Source: Salisapilia sapeloensis CBS 127946
Taxonomy: Eukaryota > Protista > Oomycota
DNA length: 57,856 nucleotides
NCBI GenBank assembly: GCA_023334545.1
Contig: JAADVB010000109.1
Span: 1-57,856, forward strand
Reading direction: 5' to 3'
This document shows positions 11,179 through 22,843 of this stretch, in pieces. Positions within the stretch are counted from its first letter, which is position 1. The number at the start of each line of letters is the position of its first letter. The position numbers and the translations under genes are program-made. Under the pieces are notes generated by a model that did not search any database, had not been told where the DNA came from, and saw nothing but the letters and a program-made list of their open reading frames with translations.

Positions 11179-11286
11179 GTTTCCCTTCTTCCTCAGGTAC
11201 CCGCTTACCATGTATGCTGAACGAATCATCCACATGGATGTGTTGGTCTAGACAAATATTAACATGCATATGGCTCTTTATCAGGT

Positions 11287-13242
11287 ATGGCGACCACGAA
11301 CTCAACTTCCCCCACGAACAGCCCCGCGCAGACTTCTGCCCCGGCTTCCAATGCTGCTCCCTCGGGCGGAGCTGCGCAGCAACCGTTCCACACGGCCTCG
11401 CTTTACGTTGGCGACATTCACCCGGATGTCACGGAGGTACTTGATAAGCATTTGATAACGTATGGAAAAGAAGTATACTGAATGTTTGTACGTCTCTAGG
11501 CTCTGCTATTTGAGATTTTCAACGCAGTCGGACCGGTTGCCTCGATTCGTGTGTGTCGTGATGCCGTGACCCGCCACTCGCTCGGCTACGCGTACGTGAA
11601 CTTCCACAACGTGGCTGATGCCGAGCGTGCGTTGGACACGATGAACTTTACGAGCATCAAGGGTGTCCCGTGCCGCATCATGTGGTCGCAGCGTGACCCG
11701 TCGCTCCGCAAGTCTGGTGTTGGCAACATCTTTGTCAAGAACCTCGACACGTCCATTGACAACAAGGCGCTGTACGACACGTTCTCCTTGTTTGGTAACA
11801 TTCTTAGCTGCAAGGTCGCCATTGACAACACCACGGGCAACTCCAAGGGCTACGGATACGTCCACTACGAGACGGCTGAAGCTGCCAACGAAGCTATTGC
11901 CAAGATCAATGGCATGCTCATTGCTGGCCAAAAGGTCTTTGTCGGCCACTTCCAGAAGCGTCAGGAGCGCCCGGACATCCACGACTGGACTAACTGCTAC
12001 GTGAAGAACATCCCGACGACGTGGCAGGATGAGGACTTGCGTAAGGAGTTCGAGCCGTATGGAACCATCGTCAGCGCCGCGACCATGAAGGACAAGAACG
12101 ACCCAACGCGCAACCGTGGCTTTGGCTTTGTGAACTATGAAGAGCCGGAGAGTGCCCACAAGGCCGTTGAAGCCAAGTCCGGCTCTACGGTCAAGGGTGC
12201 GGACGGCGAAGAGCTCGAGCTCTACGTCGGTAAGGCGCAGAAGCGTGCTGAGCGCGAGCGTGAGCTTCGTCAGAAGTTTGAACAGATCAAGATGGAGCGT
12301 ATTAACAAGTACCAGGGCGTCAACCTCTACATTAAGAACCTTGACGACCAGCTCAAGGACGATGAGCTTCGTGAAGCCTTCTCTGGCTACGGCAACATTA
12401 CGTCTGCTCGTATCATGCGCGACCAGAACGACAACTCGCGCGGCTTTGGCTTCGTCTGCTTCTCCACGCCGGAAGAGGCCAACAAGGCGATTGCCGAGAT
12501 GAACGGAAAGCTCATCTCTGGCAAGCCCGTATACGTCGCGCTTGCTCAGCGCAAGGAAGTGCGTCGCGCTCAGCTCGAAGCGCAGCATGCCCAGCAGCGT
12601 GCCGGTATGATGGCTGGCCGCGGTATGCCGATGGGCCAGCCGCCCATGTACGGCGCTGCCCCGATGTTCTACGCGCAGCCTAACCAAATGCCCCCGCAGG
12701 CGCGTCAAGGCTTCGTGTACCCGCAGCAGATGATGCCGCGTGGTATGCCGCGTGGCCCTGTGCCGTACGGTGGCCGCGGTCCTGGTCCGGCTCCTGGCTA
12801 CGGCATGCCCGGCTACGGTATGCCGATGCAGGGCGGTCGTGGTGGACGTGGTGGACGTCGCCAGGGACCTGCTGGCCCTCAAGGCCCGAACGGCCCTGGT
12901 AACCGCCGCAACTTCAAGTACACGGCGAACGCTCGTAACCACCCGCGCGAGAACATGGGTCAAGAGGAGATGGGACAGCAAGCTCCTGCGCAGCAGCCGA
13001 GCGGCTCGGAGCCGTTGACGTCTGCGGCGCTTGCGGCTGCGTCTCCGGAGATGCAGAAGAACATGATTGGTGAACGTCTGTACCCGCTTATCCATCGCGA
13101 ACAGCCTGAGTTGGCCGGTAAGATTACTGGTATGCTCTTGGAGATGGACAACGGCGAGCTCTTGCACTTGTTGGAGAGCCCGGAGGCGCTTGACGCTAAG
13201 ATCCAGGAAGCCATCCAGGTGCTCGAAGCGCACCAGGGTTAA
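11287..13242 (+). CDS. PABP: Cytoplasmic poly(A)-binding protein (4 RRMs + MLLE); intron 11437-11499
   Basis: ASLYVGDIHPDVTE|ALLFEIF, SLGYAYVNF, SKGYGYVHY, RGFGFVNY, SRGFGFVCF, and C-terminal KNMIGERLYPLI..AGKITGMLLEMDN. Confidence 0.98.
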
Positions 13243-13486
13243 CTGGAGAAGCTTGTGCCCAGTCTTTCCGTAAAGGGAGGATGAGAGAGAATCGAAGGGC
13301 GGGACGTGCTTTCTGATGGAGTAGTGTAGTGGTAGCTAGACTGCGCGTAAGAGAGCAAACGATGGTCGGACGTGCCTTTCGGAAATCGTAGTGTTTATAG
13401 GTTGGGTCTAGGATGAATATAGATCGGATGGCAGATACAATCGTACTTTAGTGAATTTATATAGGTAGCAAGACACACGAGTATAA

Positions 13487-14407
13487 ATGGCGATGAGAGC
13501 TTGGCGAGTGGTGAAGCAGGTTGCTGCGAGACGGTCTGCTGTCGACAGTGTTGGCAAGTCCAATGTGATGCTTCAGGCCGCGAGTATGCAGGCTCGAGAG
13601 ATGGGGATCTTTTCAAAGGTCCGTGATACGGTGCAGCAAAAGATGGACGATCGGAATGTCGCCAAGCAAGGTGTGTCCTGCTGATTAGCATGTATGTGTG
13701 CAATTGGAGTAAAATGATGTGATTGCAGGAGAGGCGTATAAAGAGCAGATGCAAAAGCTAGCAACTCTTGATAAGTTCGACTTGGTTGACTTCCATAAAC
13801 AGCTTCAGGTAGATATATTCGTACCATTTATCTTGTGCATGCTGCTGACGAATGCATGCGCTTTAGAAACAAGCTGATGATGCTGGTGTCAATGGCTTCC
13901 GATCGATGCTACCTGGCTACTCCTCTATGGTATAGCTCATCACAGTCAAATGTAGGAAGTAGTCGATCTTAGTATATTTCTTGTAGACCGAAGTACAGCA
14001 GATGAAGAATTTCTTGGCCATTCTCGACGCCATGGATGTACGTCTGCACTACTTGTCTCTTGTATCTAAACTCCAAATCTTATATACGAAACAGGAAGAA
14101 GTGAAGAAGAATCCCAAGCTCGTGGATGGCAAATTCAAGCGTAAATTCATGCAAAAGCATGACTTTGTACGTTGTCATCTTCAACTTTTTACCTTTTCTA
14201 CTACTAATCTTCCTATTTTAGAAACCGGAAGACTTGTCTGCTATGATGAAAAACTTTGATCAGCTTCAGGCGATGCAAATGTGGCTGCAGAAACGCGTGG
14301 AGCGAGGTCTGCACGTCCCAGAGACGCTCGACGAGACGACGCGACTTATGCGTGCGGATCCGACAGGTTTCCCGACACGCAAGTTTCGTCCCAAGGTCCG
14401 TCGCTAG
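13487..14407 (+). CDS. Predicted mitochondrial protein with a stand-alone SRP54/Ffh M-domain-like region (about 213 aa, 6 exons)
   Basis: Five GT-AG introns of 55-58 nt (13671-13728, 13809-13866, 13930-13986, 14038-14094, 14167-14221) give one open frame. It contains KFDLVDFHKQLQ, RSMLPG and AILDAMDEEVKKNPKLVDGKFKRK..EDLSAMMKNFDQLQAM. Confidence 0.8.
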
Positions 14408-14493
14408 ACATTCTAGACAGAGTAACAAGACATCGAATACAGAGCAAGCATGCGCGAATGAAAAGAAGAAGCGTAGATCTATTTCCTTGTCAT

Positions 14494-16352
14494 CTACTGC
14501 TTGGCAGTTGGGAACGATCCCAAGTGTTTCACCGTTCCAACGTCCTTCTCCAGTTCGTTCATAGCGCATTGGACAGGTGTATCATCGACATGCCCATCGA
14601 TTTCAACGACGAAGTCGTACGAGCGACGTTTTTCACGATAAATGGACTCTAGACGAGATAGATTGACGCCATGTTTCTTCCAAATCTCCAAAGCGTTCAA
14701 GAGCGAACCGACTTGATGCGAAATCTCCATGCTCAGACAAGTCTTGTCTTGTCCGGTGGATGCAGGATAGTTCTTGGACACGATGCCAAAGCGGATGAAG
14801 CTAGAGGTGTCGAGGACATCTCGCCACCGACTGCTTTCACTTTCATCGACGTTGAGTTTATAGACAGACGCAGCCGCTGAGGTGGTTACTGCGACACTGT
14901 TAGGATGATAGGAGGCTTGTTGGGCTGCTTCTAAAACACCAGGAGCAGGAACGATACGTGCCGTTGGCCACGTGCGTTCGATGACAGTCTGCAACGATGC
15001 GTTCAGGTCTTCTGGCGCAAAGACCTGAGCTACATCCGACTGACGGCAGCTCTGGGCGTTCTGACTGGCACACGCAAAGGTCTTGTAGAGGAAGAGCTCA
15101 GCAGAGACTTTGAGAGAATGGTGGATGAGCTGCAGCTGCGTCTCTTTCACCATACCAGACTCGGAGTCTTCGAGAGGAACGACGCCATAGGCTGTTTGGC
15201 CGGCAGTCACTTGGGTGAAGACTTTTGAGATGGATCCAGCGACGGAGAGATGCTCCTGATCTAGTGTCTCGTTGCCAAAGTGGTTCATGGCAGCAAGGTA
15301 GTCGAACGAGCCTTGTCCATTGGCAATGGAGATGGCTGGATGCGAGAGACGCTGGAGAAGGTATGCTACTTGCACGTCTTTCGTGAGTGGCATGACAAAG
15401 TCCCTGTACAAGTCCGAGATGAGCTGCGGGTCGACCTTGTGGTTCTTCTCCGACGCTGAGACGCCAACGTCTTGACCATACGTCGACGCTTTTAGCTTCA
15501 CGCGTTCCAATACTTTCTAAAGGTGCTGTGAGTAGATGAAGAGATGGAGGTATGTATAAAAGAGTAAACCTCTTCGACTGCTGGTTTCGTAAGCTCGTTC
15601 ATAAGTCCTTCTGCATCGTTGTTTCGAATCAATTCAGTGTATTTTGGCGTCTCGGCTTGGAACTTAGCTTCAGCAATGAACTTGCCAAAGTGAATGCGCT
15701 TGCTGAGTGCCTGGAGCACTGCCATATCAGCAGTAGCAGACGATCCTCTCTATCATGGATATTGAGTACAATGCAGCTACTAGAGTAGAACTATGGTATG
15801 TACAGAAGTGACGTCACTCGTGTCAACAGTAATGTCTGGTAGGATCTTGTTCAAGTACACCTTCATAATGGTGTCATTGATGTTAATCTTGTTCGGTTTG
15901 AGCACCTGTGGGTAGCTCGAGTCTGGTAGGATGGGGCTTGGAAGAGCGTGTGGGTAGAATGCATTCTCGTCAGGAGAAGTGTATCGACGAGCAAGAGCAT
16001 GAAGCTTCTCCGTTTCGCTAAACATAAAGTCCTACGTGATGAATTGAGTGGTGGTACGATGGCTTGAGGATCATAAAACTCTACGAGGAAGCTTCCGTCA
16101 AAGGCACCGAATTTGCCTTTCAAACCTTCATACGCAACGCTGTTGCTGTCACTAGAGTGCAAATACACTTCTGGATTGCGTACGAATTGAGCACGTTCGA
16201 TCAAGGCGAAGATAATCGTCTCCTCTTGGCTACAAGATGGTCATTTATGTACATGAGCATAATCGTATATTATATCAATATCATGCAAATACACACCGAA
16301 TGAGGATATTACGGAAATCATCCAACTTTACAGACTGCACTGGAGTCTCCAT
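14494..16352 (-). CDS. Eukaryotic-type chorismate mutase fused to prephenate dehydratase-like + ACT domains (multi-exon)
   Basis: LDDFRNILIRQEETIIFALIERAQF, ETEKLHALARRYTSPDE, LQALSKRIHFGKFIAEAKF, VMPLTKDVQVAYLL; then PDT-like YGVVPLEDSESG and ACT GSLLNAL..NLSRLES. Confidence 0.9.
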
Positions 16353-16379
16353 CCTACTCCGTACAAGACAAATTCAGAA

Positions 16380-17809
16380 ATGCTGGAAGAGCTCGTCGGC
16401 ACGGATGGCGTTGCGCAATTAAGTCGCGGTACTGAAATGGTACACATGGTACAATGTGAAGTTCCGAAGCACACTACTGGAGAAGCATCATGTGGGAGGA
16501 AGACAAGGACGTGCATATGCCTGAAGTCAAGGTGCAACGCATCGTATGGATTGGAGCTGGTGCATGTATGGTGTTTTCAGCATTGGCGTCATTTTCACTC
16601 ATTCGTGGTCATGTCCGTCACTATACTCGACCGAATGCACAGAGTAAAGTAAGTAGAGATACCGTCGGAAAGATTTCTTCATGTCGATGATGTTGTATTT
16701 GTAGATTATTGGTATTTTATGGATGGTTCCGATCTATACGATCGATTCATGGCTTTCACTGCGATTCAAGGTTTGGATAAAAGGATGTAGTTAGAGAAAG
16801 AATGGGTCTGATGAATATGCTTGGTAGGGAGCAGCGTTATACCTCGACCTCATGCGTGATTCATACGAAGCGTACGTCATCTACTTGTTCCTGGCACTTA
16901 TGGTAGCCTACCTTGGAGCTGGGAGTGATGAAAAAGTCATAGAGGTACATTTTATCACTTCAAATAGCTCCTTGTGCTTGGTACTGATCATGTCTACCTC
17001 GGTAGCTGCTGCACTCTGTCCCAGAGATCCCACAGCCATGGCCTCTGAGAAAATGGCGTCCTCCTATCCGTACAGACGCATCTTTCCTTCACGACTGCAA
17101 GCGTGCATCCATGCAGTTCGTTATTCTCAAGCCCTTCATGGCTGCCGTCGCCATCCTGTTGCACGTGAATGGCAAGTACACGCCAGGCAACTTTAGCCCT
17201 GCGAACGGGTACATCTACGTCAGTCTCATCGTGAACGCTTCGATCACGTACGCCTTCTACTACCTTGTTCTCTTCTACGTTGCGTTGCATGCCCACTTGG
17301 CTCCTTTCAATCCCGTGCCCAAGTTCCTCTGTATAAAAGCCGTGCTCTTCTTATCTTTCTGGCAAAGTGTCATCCTCGCATTCCTCTCTCGTTTCCACTT
17401 GATCCATGAACTTGGCTCATGGACCGTGGAAAACGTTACGACTGGCATCCAAAACGTCCTCATTTGCTTTGAAATGTGTTTTGTCGCTATTGCACATTAC
17501 TATGCTTTTCCTTATGAACCTTACGTCGGTCTTCCGTCTGCCAAGATTCATGGACTGTCTGATCACTTGGCACTAGATGATGCTGTTCGAGACTTCAATC
17601 AAGTCATGCCAGTCGTCCTCCCGACGCCTTTTAAACCTAGTGCGTCGGTTGTTAGAGGAGATAGGAGATATAGGTTTATTATGGACGACGTTAGTAGTGA
17701 ACAAAGTACGCGACTGCTAGATGACGATTATGAAGGTCATAGTGGACGAATGGACGATGACGTGCGTGAAAAAGAGGTTGCCGCTCCACCGAGAGGGTGG
17801 CGACTTTAA
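16380..17809 (+). CDS. TMEM184: TMEM184 / organic solute transporter alpha family membrane protein (multi-exon; start 16380 or 16490)
   Basis: ILWMVPIY, RDSYEAYVIYLFLAL, MQFVILKP, PKFLCIKAVLFLSFWQ, QNVLICFEM, HYYAFPY. Confidence 0.88.
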
Positions 17810-17941
17810 TTGGGATAAGTATCTAATGCAATGGAAGATTGATTGTATCTTTCTTGATTACTTCTACCTTCCTACATATCTTATTCTATCGTTTCCATCG
17901 ATATCACTTTTATCTTGAAGGCAAACGTGTATAGACAAAGC

Positions 17942-18544
17942 ATGGAAGACGAAGTGTATGAATCTGCGCTGGGTTACTTCCAGGCTAAAGTAGCTGAGAA
18001 ACCCTTTGATGCCGACTGTCATCACTATGCTGCTGTGCTCTTTGCGAATAAAAGGAATACCACAGCACATGCTTACCACTCTCGAATTGCTGTGTTAACA
18101 AAGCAAGGTGGACCTGAAGCAGCAAATGAGATGGCCTTGTCACTCATGCATCAAGATCGAGCGAATGAAGCTATAAAAGTATTGAAAGACACCATTAAGC
18201 GCTGGCCAAGTTTCCATTGTGCGTACACGAATCTAGCTGCGATATATGCAAAATGTGGTCGGTACAAGGAAGCTCTTCCGCTGTGTGACAAGGCAGTGAG
18301 GATCTCACCAGCGGATCCGGCGCTACATCGAAATCATGCTCGAGTCCTTGAAAAGCTGGGAAGAACGACAGAGTCTTTACAATCGTATCGTCGTGTTCTA
18401 AAGTTGGACTCGTCTGATGAAGAATCCCTTCGTTTGACGGCGCTTCAGTCGCTATCAAAGCGAAATGTCCCGCGAGAGACTACGTTAGCGACATACGGAC
18501 AATATCGGTCTCTCCGACGTGAACGCTATGACTTAAAACTGTAG
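17942..18544 (+). CDS. TPR-repeat protein
   Basis: AYTNLAAIYAKCGRYKEAL..AVRISP.DP.LHRN.A.VLEKLGR..ES...Y..VLKLD tetratricopeptide pattern. Confidence 0.8.
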   Translation: MEDEVYESALGYFQAKVAEKPFDADCHHYAAVLFANKRNTTAHAYHSRIAVLTKQGGPEAANEMALSLMHQDRANEAIKVLKDTIKRWPSFHCAYTNLAAIYAKCGRYKEALPLCDKAVRISPADPALHRNHARVLEKLGRTTESLQSYRRVLKLDSSDEESLRLTALQSLSKRNVPRETTLATYGQYRSLRRERYDLKL

Positions 18545-18953
18545 AGCTTTCAATCACAAGAGAACGTGACCTATGTAGTATCTAGTATCTCGCTTCTAGC
18601 TACTCTATATCGTAAATAAGAATGCTCTCTTTCGTGCTCAAGTGCACGGAGTAGATGTCTATCGCTGTGGTGGGATGGATGTAACGTTGTTGTGGTTCTT
18701 CCTGTGGCTATTTTTGCATGCCCTACACAAGTTCAGTCTCGTGTCTGACGAACTGATCTGGCTATAGTCAACGAGAACGGCCATGCCATAATAGCGGAGC
18801 GTTTCTGTAGCTTTCACACATCCATCGGCACCTGATCCGGCAATCGCCGTGAAACTTCAGCCTTCACTTCTTCATAAGCTCGATCGACTTGAACACCATT
18901 ATCCATTCGCTTTTCGACACAACTTGCAAGAAACCTTGGTGTACTCAGTGAAA

Positions 18954-21092
18954 ATGAAGCGAACAAGCAATCGAAATATAGTACCGTGTTCATCGAAACG
19001 ACTTCGGACTCTCCATGGGTACACAAGAACCACGGATGGTGCGATCCAGCAACAAGAACAATCGTCTAAATTAGCCCAGCATCAAGTCATGCAAGACCCG
19101 GACCTTATTCGCTATATGTTTGCCTTCATGGACATTCGCGACCATCAACACATACGGGCTACCTGTCGCGCCTGGAAGCGTATTTTAAGCTCCATGACAA
19201 TCAACACGGTTGATTTATCTCAACACTCGCCGCTCACAGCACGCAACATTGATCGAGCACTACTAGGCGTAACGAAAACATATCGATTTGTACGACATCT
19301 CGACTTTACTGGCCAACGCATGCTAAATGATCACGACATGCTAGTGCTTTCATCCCACTTCTGGCCGTCATTGGAAAGCTTGTGCTTAGACGATTGCCTC
19401 GACTTGACCGACCACGGTTTGCGCCTCGTATTGAACGCTCGGTCGTTGAAACTTCGATCGATCAGCATGAAACACTGCAAGATGGTTGGTGAAAGCATTC
19501 GTCAAGGGCAGATCCACGGACGCCATCCGCAGCTTCAGATCATTGACTTGGACGACACACGCGTCGAATATGCATTCGTGAACGGCTTAGAGCGTTACTT
19601 TCCATCACTACATACTATCAGAGCGACGCATACGCCAGCACACCATACGATGCTATCCTCCACTCTTGACGTCCAGAGTCTATTGGATCAACTCCAACGA
19701 AGTATCGAAGACCAAACGATCGATAGCGAACTGATAGAAGCTCTAGTGACCGACTATAACCGATATGTGTCTCGATGGAAGGCATACAAAACGACCTGTG
19801 TGAGTGTATTTCAGAAGACGCTACTAGCTGACGGTCCAAAGGCACTATTTAACGCACCTTTGAATGCGCGAGATCAAGTATCCGCTGTCCTGTTTGCGTG
19901 CAAGAGGGCACTAGTGCGATCTCTCTCGGTTCTCTTGGTTACGCAGATGATTGATGTGGAGGTGACGAACAACCATGGATCGTCACCTCTGTATCTCGCA
20001 GCGGAAAGAGGACTGCCACGCATGGTCCGCATGCTGTTGCTGGCAAATGCGAATGTACACCAGCGTAGTCACTGTCTCGCTACTCCACTGCACATTGCGT
20101 GTGAAATGAATTGGACCAATTTAGTTCCCATGCTACTCAAGTGCGGTGCGGATCCGAGTGTAGCGGTCCTTGGAGGCTCGACTCCTCTCTGCACAGCAGC
20201 CAAGAACGGCCATCGTCAGATCATTCGTAACCTCATAGATTACGCCGCAAATTACTACCTTGGCAACGGTCCTCGTCCTTGTCAAGTGAGTGCGGAAGTA
20301 CTACGAGCCATCTTTCTCGCATGTGAAAGTGGCTTTGTCGATATTGTAAGCGATTTGTTACGATGGACGAACATGCACGTGGACACTTTACTTAACGACA
20401 GCATTTCGCTGCTGTATTTGGCATCCCAGATCGGTCACTTGGACCTCGTCAAGTTGTTTCTGTCTAAGCGTGCGAACCCAAATTTCCACCGTGCTGAAGG
20501 TGTCTCCTGTCTGTACATTGCAGCCCAAGAAGGACATGTGGGTGTGGTAAAGTACCTCCTTATGGCTGGTGCAGATCCGGATGCACGCATGGCGGACGAT
20601 GCGACGGCTTTGCACATTGCTGCGCGCATGGGAAACCTCGACGTCGCGATCACTTTACTCGATCATGGAGCCAACATCGATGCACAGACTCGGTCTGGGC
20701 TGTCTCCACTGTATATTGCCAGTGAAGAAGGCCATACAGCTATGATTGGACTGTTCATTGAGAAGCGATCCAATGTAGATTTGCAGACAGCGAACGGTAC
20801 AACAGCTCTGTTTGTGGCAAGTCAGAGAGGGCACTTGATAGGCGTCCATGCACTGCTTGCTGCTGGTGCGAATGGTAACATTGCCAAGGCGAACGGTACA
20901 TATCCGATGGACATTGCTATGTTCATGGGCTACCATGACGTCATGAACTTGTTGCTGCAGTATGGTGCTCACATCGGTGGTCTCTCCTTACACTTTGCTG
21001 AAGCTCGTAACGATCGATCACTTCACTTTGAACTCATGCAGCGATATTACAACCAGCACCGGGACGATGCGAATATGGCCGCCAGGAGATAG
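18954..21092 (+). CDS. F-box + LRR + ankyrin-repeat protein
   Basis: F-box-like QDPDLIRYMFAFMD..RATCRAWKRI; FBXL-type LRRs (LESLCLDDCLDLTDHGL); about 10 ankyrin repeats (SPLYLAAERG, TPLHIAC, TALHIAARMG, SPLYIASEEG). First ATG used. Confidence 0.85.
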   Translation: MKRTSNRNIVPCSSKRLRTLHGYTRTTDGAIQQQEQSSKLAQHQVMQDPDLIRYMFAFMDIRDHQHIRATCRAWKRILSSMTINTVDLSQHSPLTARNIDRALLGVTKTYRFVRHLDFTGQRMLNDHDMLVLSSHFWPSLESLCLDDCLDLTDHGLRLVLNARSLKLRSISMKHCKMVGESIRQGQIHGRHPQLQIIDLDDTRVEYAFVNGLERYFPSLHTIRATHTPAHHTMLSSTLDVQSLLDQLQRSIEDQTIDSELIEALVTDYNRYVSRWKAYKTTCVSVFQKTLLADGPKALFNAPLNARDQVSAVLFACKRALVRSLSVLLVTQMIDVEVTNNHGSSPLYLAAERGLPRMVRMLLLANANVHQRSHCLATPLHIACEMNWTNLVPMLLKCGADPSVAVLGGSTPLCTAAKNGHRQIIRNLIDYAANYYLGNGPRPCQVSAEVLRAIFLACESGFVDIVSDLLRWTNMHVDTLLNDSISLLYLASQIGHLDLVKLFLSKRANPNFHRAEGVSCLYIAAQEGHVGVVKYLLMAGADPDARMADDATALHIAARMGNLDVAITLLDHGANIDAQTRSGLSPLYIASEEGHTAMIGLFIEKRSNVDLQTANGTTALFVASQRGHLIGVHALLAAGANGNIAKANGTYPMDIAMFMGYHDVMNLLLQYGAHIGGLSLHFAEARNDRSLHFELMQRYYNQHRDDANMAARR

Positions 21093-21814
21093 CTTAATAA
21101 AGTAGATTTTATCTTATTGAACGCGGTGTTGTACGAGAGGATATCGACTACAGATCCTGTTCTATTATCTACTTATTCCGCTATACGATGCCTTCGTTTC
21201 TTTTTCATTAGAACACAACGAGGTAGAGGCCAACGTCTTTGAATTGTCCTTTTGCCTATACTAATCCTCTAGTATGCAGAAGTTGCTTCCCTTCACACGA
21301 CTTCAAAGATTACCATACAGACTCGAATGGTTTCCATCTCTTTATTCTTCATGAAATAAGAGTGGCGTGACAACACTGGATAAACGCTGGAAAAGAGTAA
21401 GAGTGCTTGATTACATAGTACGAGTCTTATAAAAGAACTTGTGAAGGTAGCTGCCGAAGAGTTCCTTGAGCAGTAAGTCTTCTAGCAATTGCATTTCCAG
21501 CACTGGAAATGCTTCCAACTGTAATAGCAGCTTATACCGATAAATCTGGCAAGTCGATGTCATCCTATTCTTCCTTCAGCAGTGGAAGGCAACGAAAGTG
21601 TTTGCTGGTGCAATGCACAAGCATAACTCGGAAATGCCAGCCTGCCTCCAACGGAACGACCAGGTATCCAATCCAGTTACCATGAGCTATCGGTCACCCT
21701 AGACGTACACGCAAATTAAAAAAAAACTAAATTTATTCCATTTCTAATAGGGGTATATTTATCCACAGAACTTTTCGACGATAATCGATTGGCATTTTCC
21801 GATCTACTTTGACC

Positions 21815-22565
21815 ATGGCGACTTGGATGCAAAAGGAGATTCATTTAAAAGCACCATCCCGTGGCTTCCATTGTATGCACCATCCTTCATTGCTCATATA
21901 GTGTATACCTGACGACTGGTGTGCAGTGATGACCAACGAGGTGCAGAAGCAGCTGCCGGAGCTTCGTGAGATTAAAGTGGGTATCTGCCACCTCTTTATT
22001 AAGCACACGTCTGCCTCGCTTTCTGTGAATGAGAATTGTGACCCAGACGTCCGGTATGTAGCAATAGTTTACTCCATTAACCATTCCGGTGGTTTTCTAA
22101 CGAAGACGTAGGACGGACATGGAAGGCGCGTTCAATCGTATCGTGCCCGAATCGTGGAACCGGTATGCTCATTTTCATGCATCTCGAAAGGAATATTCAT
22201 ATTTAACGAAGTACAAATGCTATTAGTGAATTTTTCCGACACACGATGGAAGGCGACGGTATGCTTATTCAATTATCTTTATCGAATGTATATGAATATT
22301 GACGCTGCTGTAGATGACATGCCTGGACATATCAAGGCTACTCTCATCGGTCCATCCGTCGACATTCCGATCTCGAATGGGAAGTTCAATCTCGGTACTT
22401 GGCAAGGTACATTTTCTCTCATCTCGCCTTGCCTCATCCAAAACCGATACTAACCACATTTTCTATCGTATAGGAATCTATTTGTGTGAACACCGGGATG
22501 CTGGTGGATATAGCGGAGGTCATGACCGTAAGATCGTCGCGACGATCCAAGGCACGACCAAGTAA
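21815..22565 (+). CDS. yjbQ: YjbQ / UPF0047 family protein (multi-exon)
   Basis: RGFHL, HTSASLSVNENCDPDVR, EG.DDMPGHIK..L.G, LGTWQGIYLCEHR. Confidence 0.9.
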
Positions 22566-22843
22566 GCAGGGCACCATAAAACCAATACACACCAAGTGTC
22601 ACTCTTATACTACCTCCATCTCCATTTTACACTTTCATCTACCTCTTAAATCTTTTTTCAATACACAAAATCGTCCACAAGTACCTAGAACATGCATCTC
22701 AACCTATCCTTGGTCTCTTGTCTCTTTATATGGATTTCCATGTCGCCCATTCATTTGGTAATGTTTGAAACGTTTCACTTTGATAACCAATCCAATATCT
22801 CTAGAGTCACTCGACGAGCCAAAGCGGGAAAATTAGTGGCAGG

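Noticed and set aside
11506-13233. 575-aa antisense ORF over PABP
   Set aside because: This is the mirror of a strongly C/G-ending codon-biased gene. The translation has no family features.
18574-18600. GTAGTATCT resembling the U2 snRNA branch-pairing segment
   Set aside because: The flanking U2 5' sequence and Sm site are absent.
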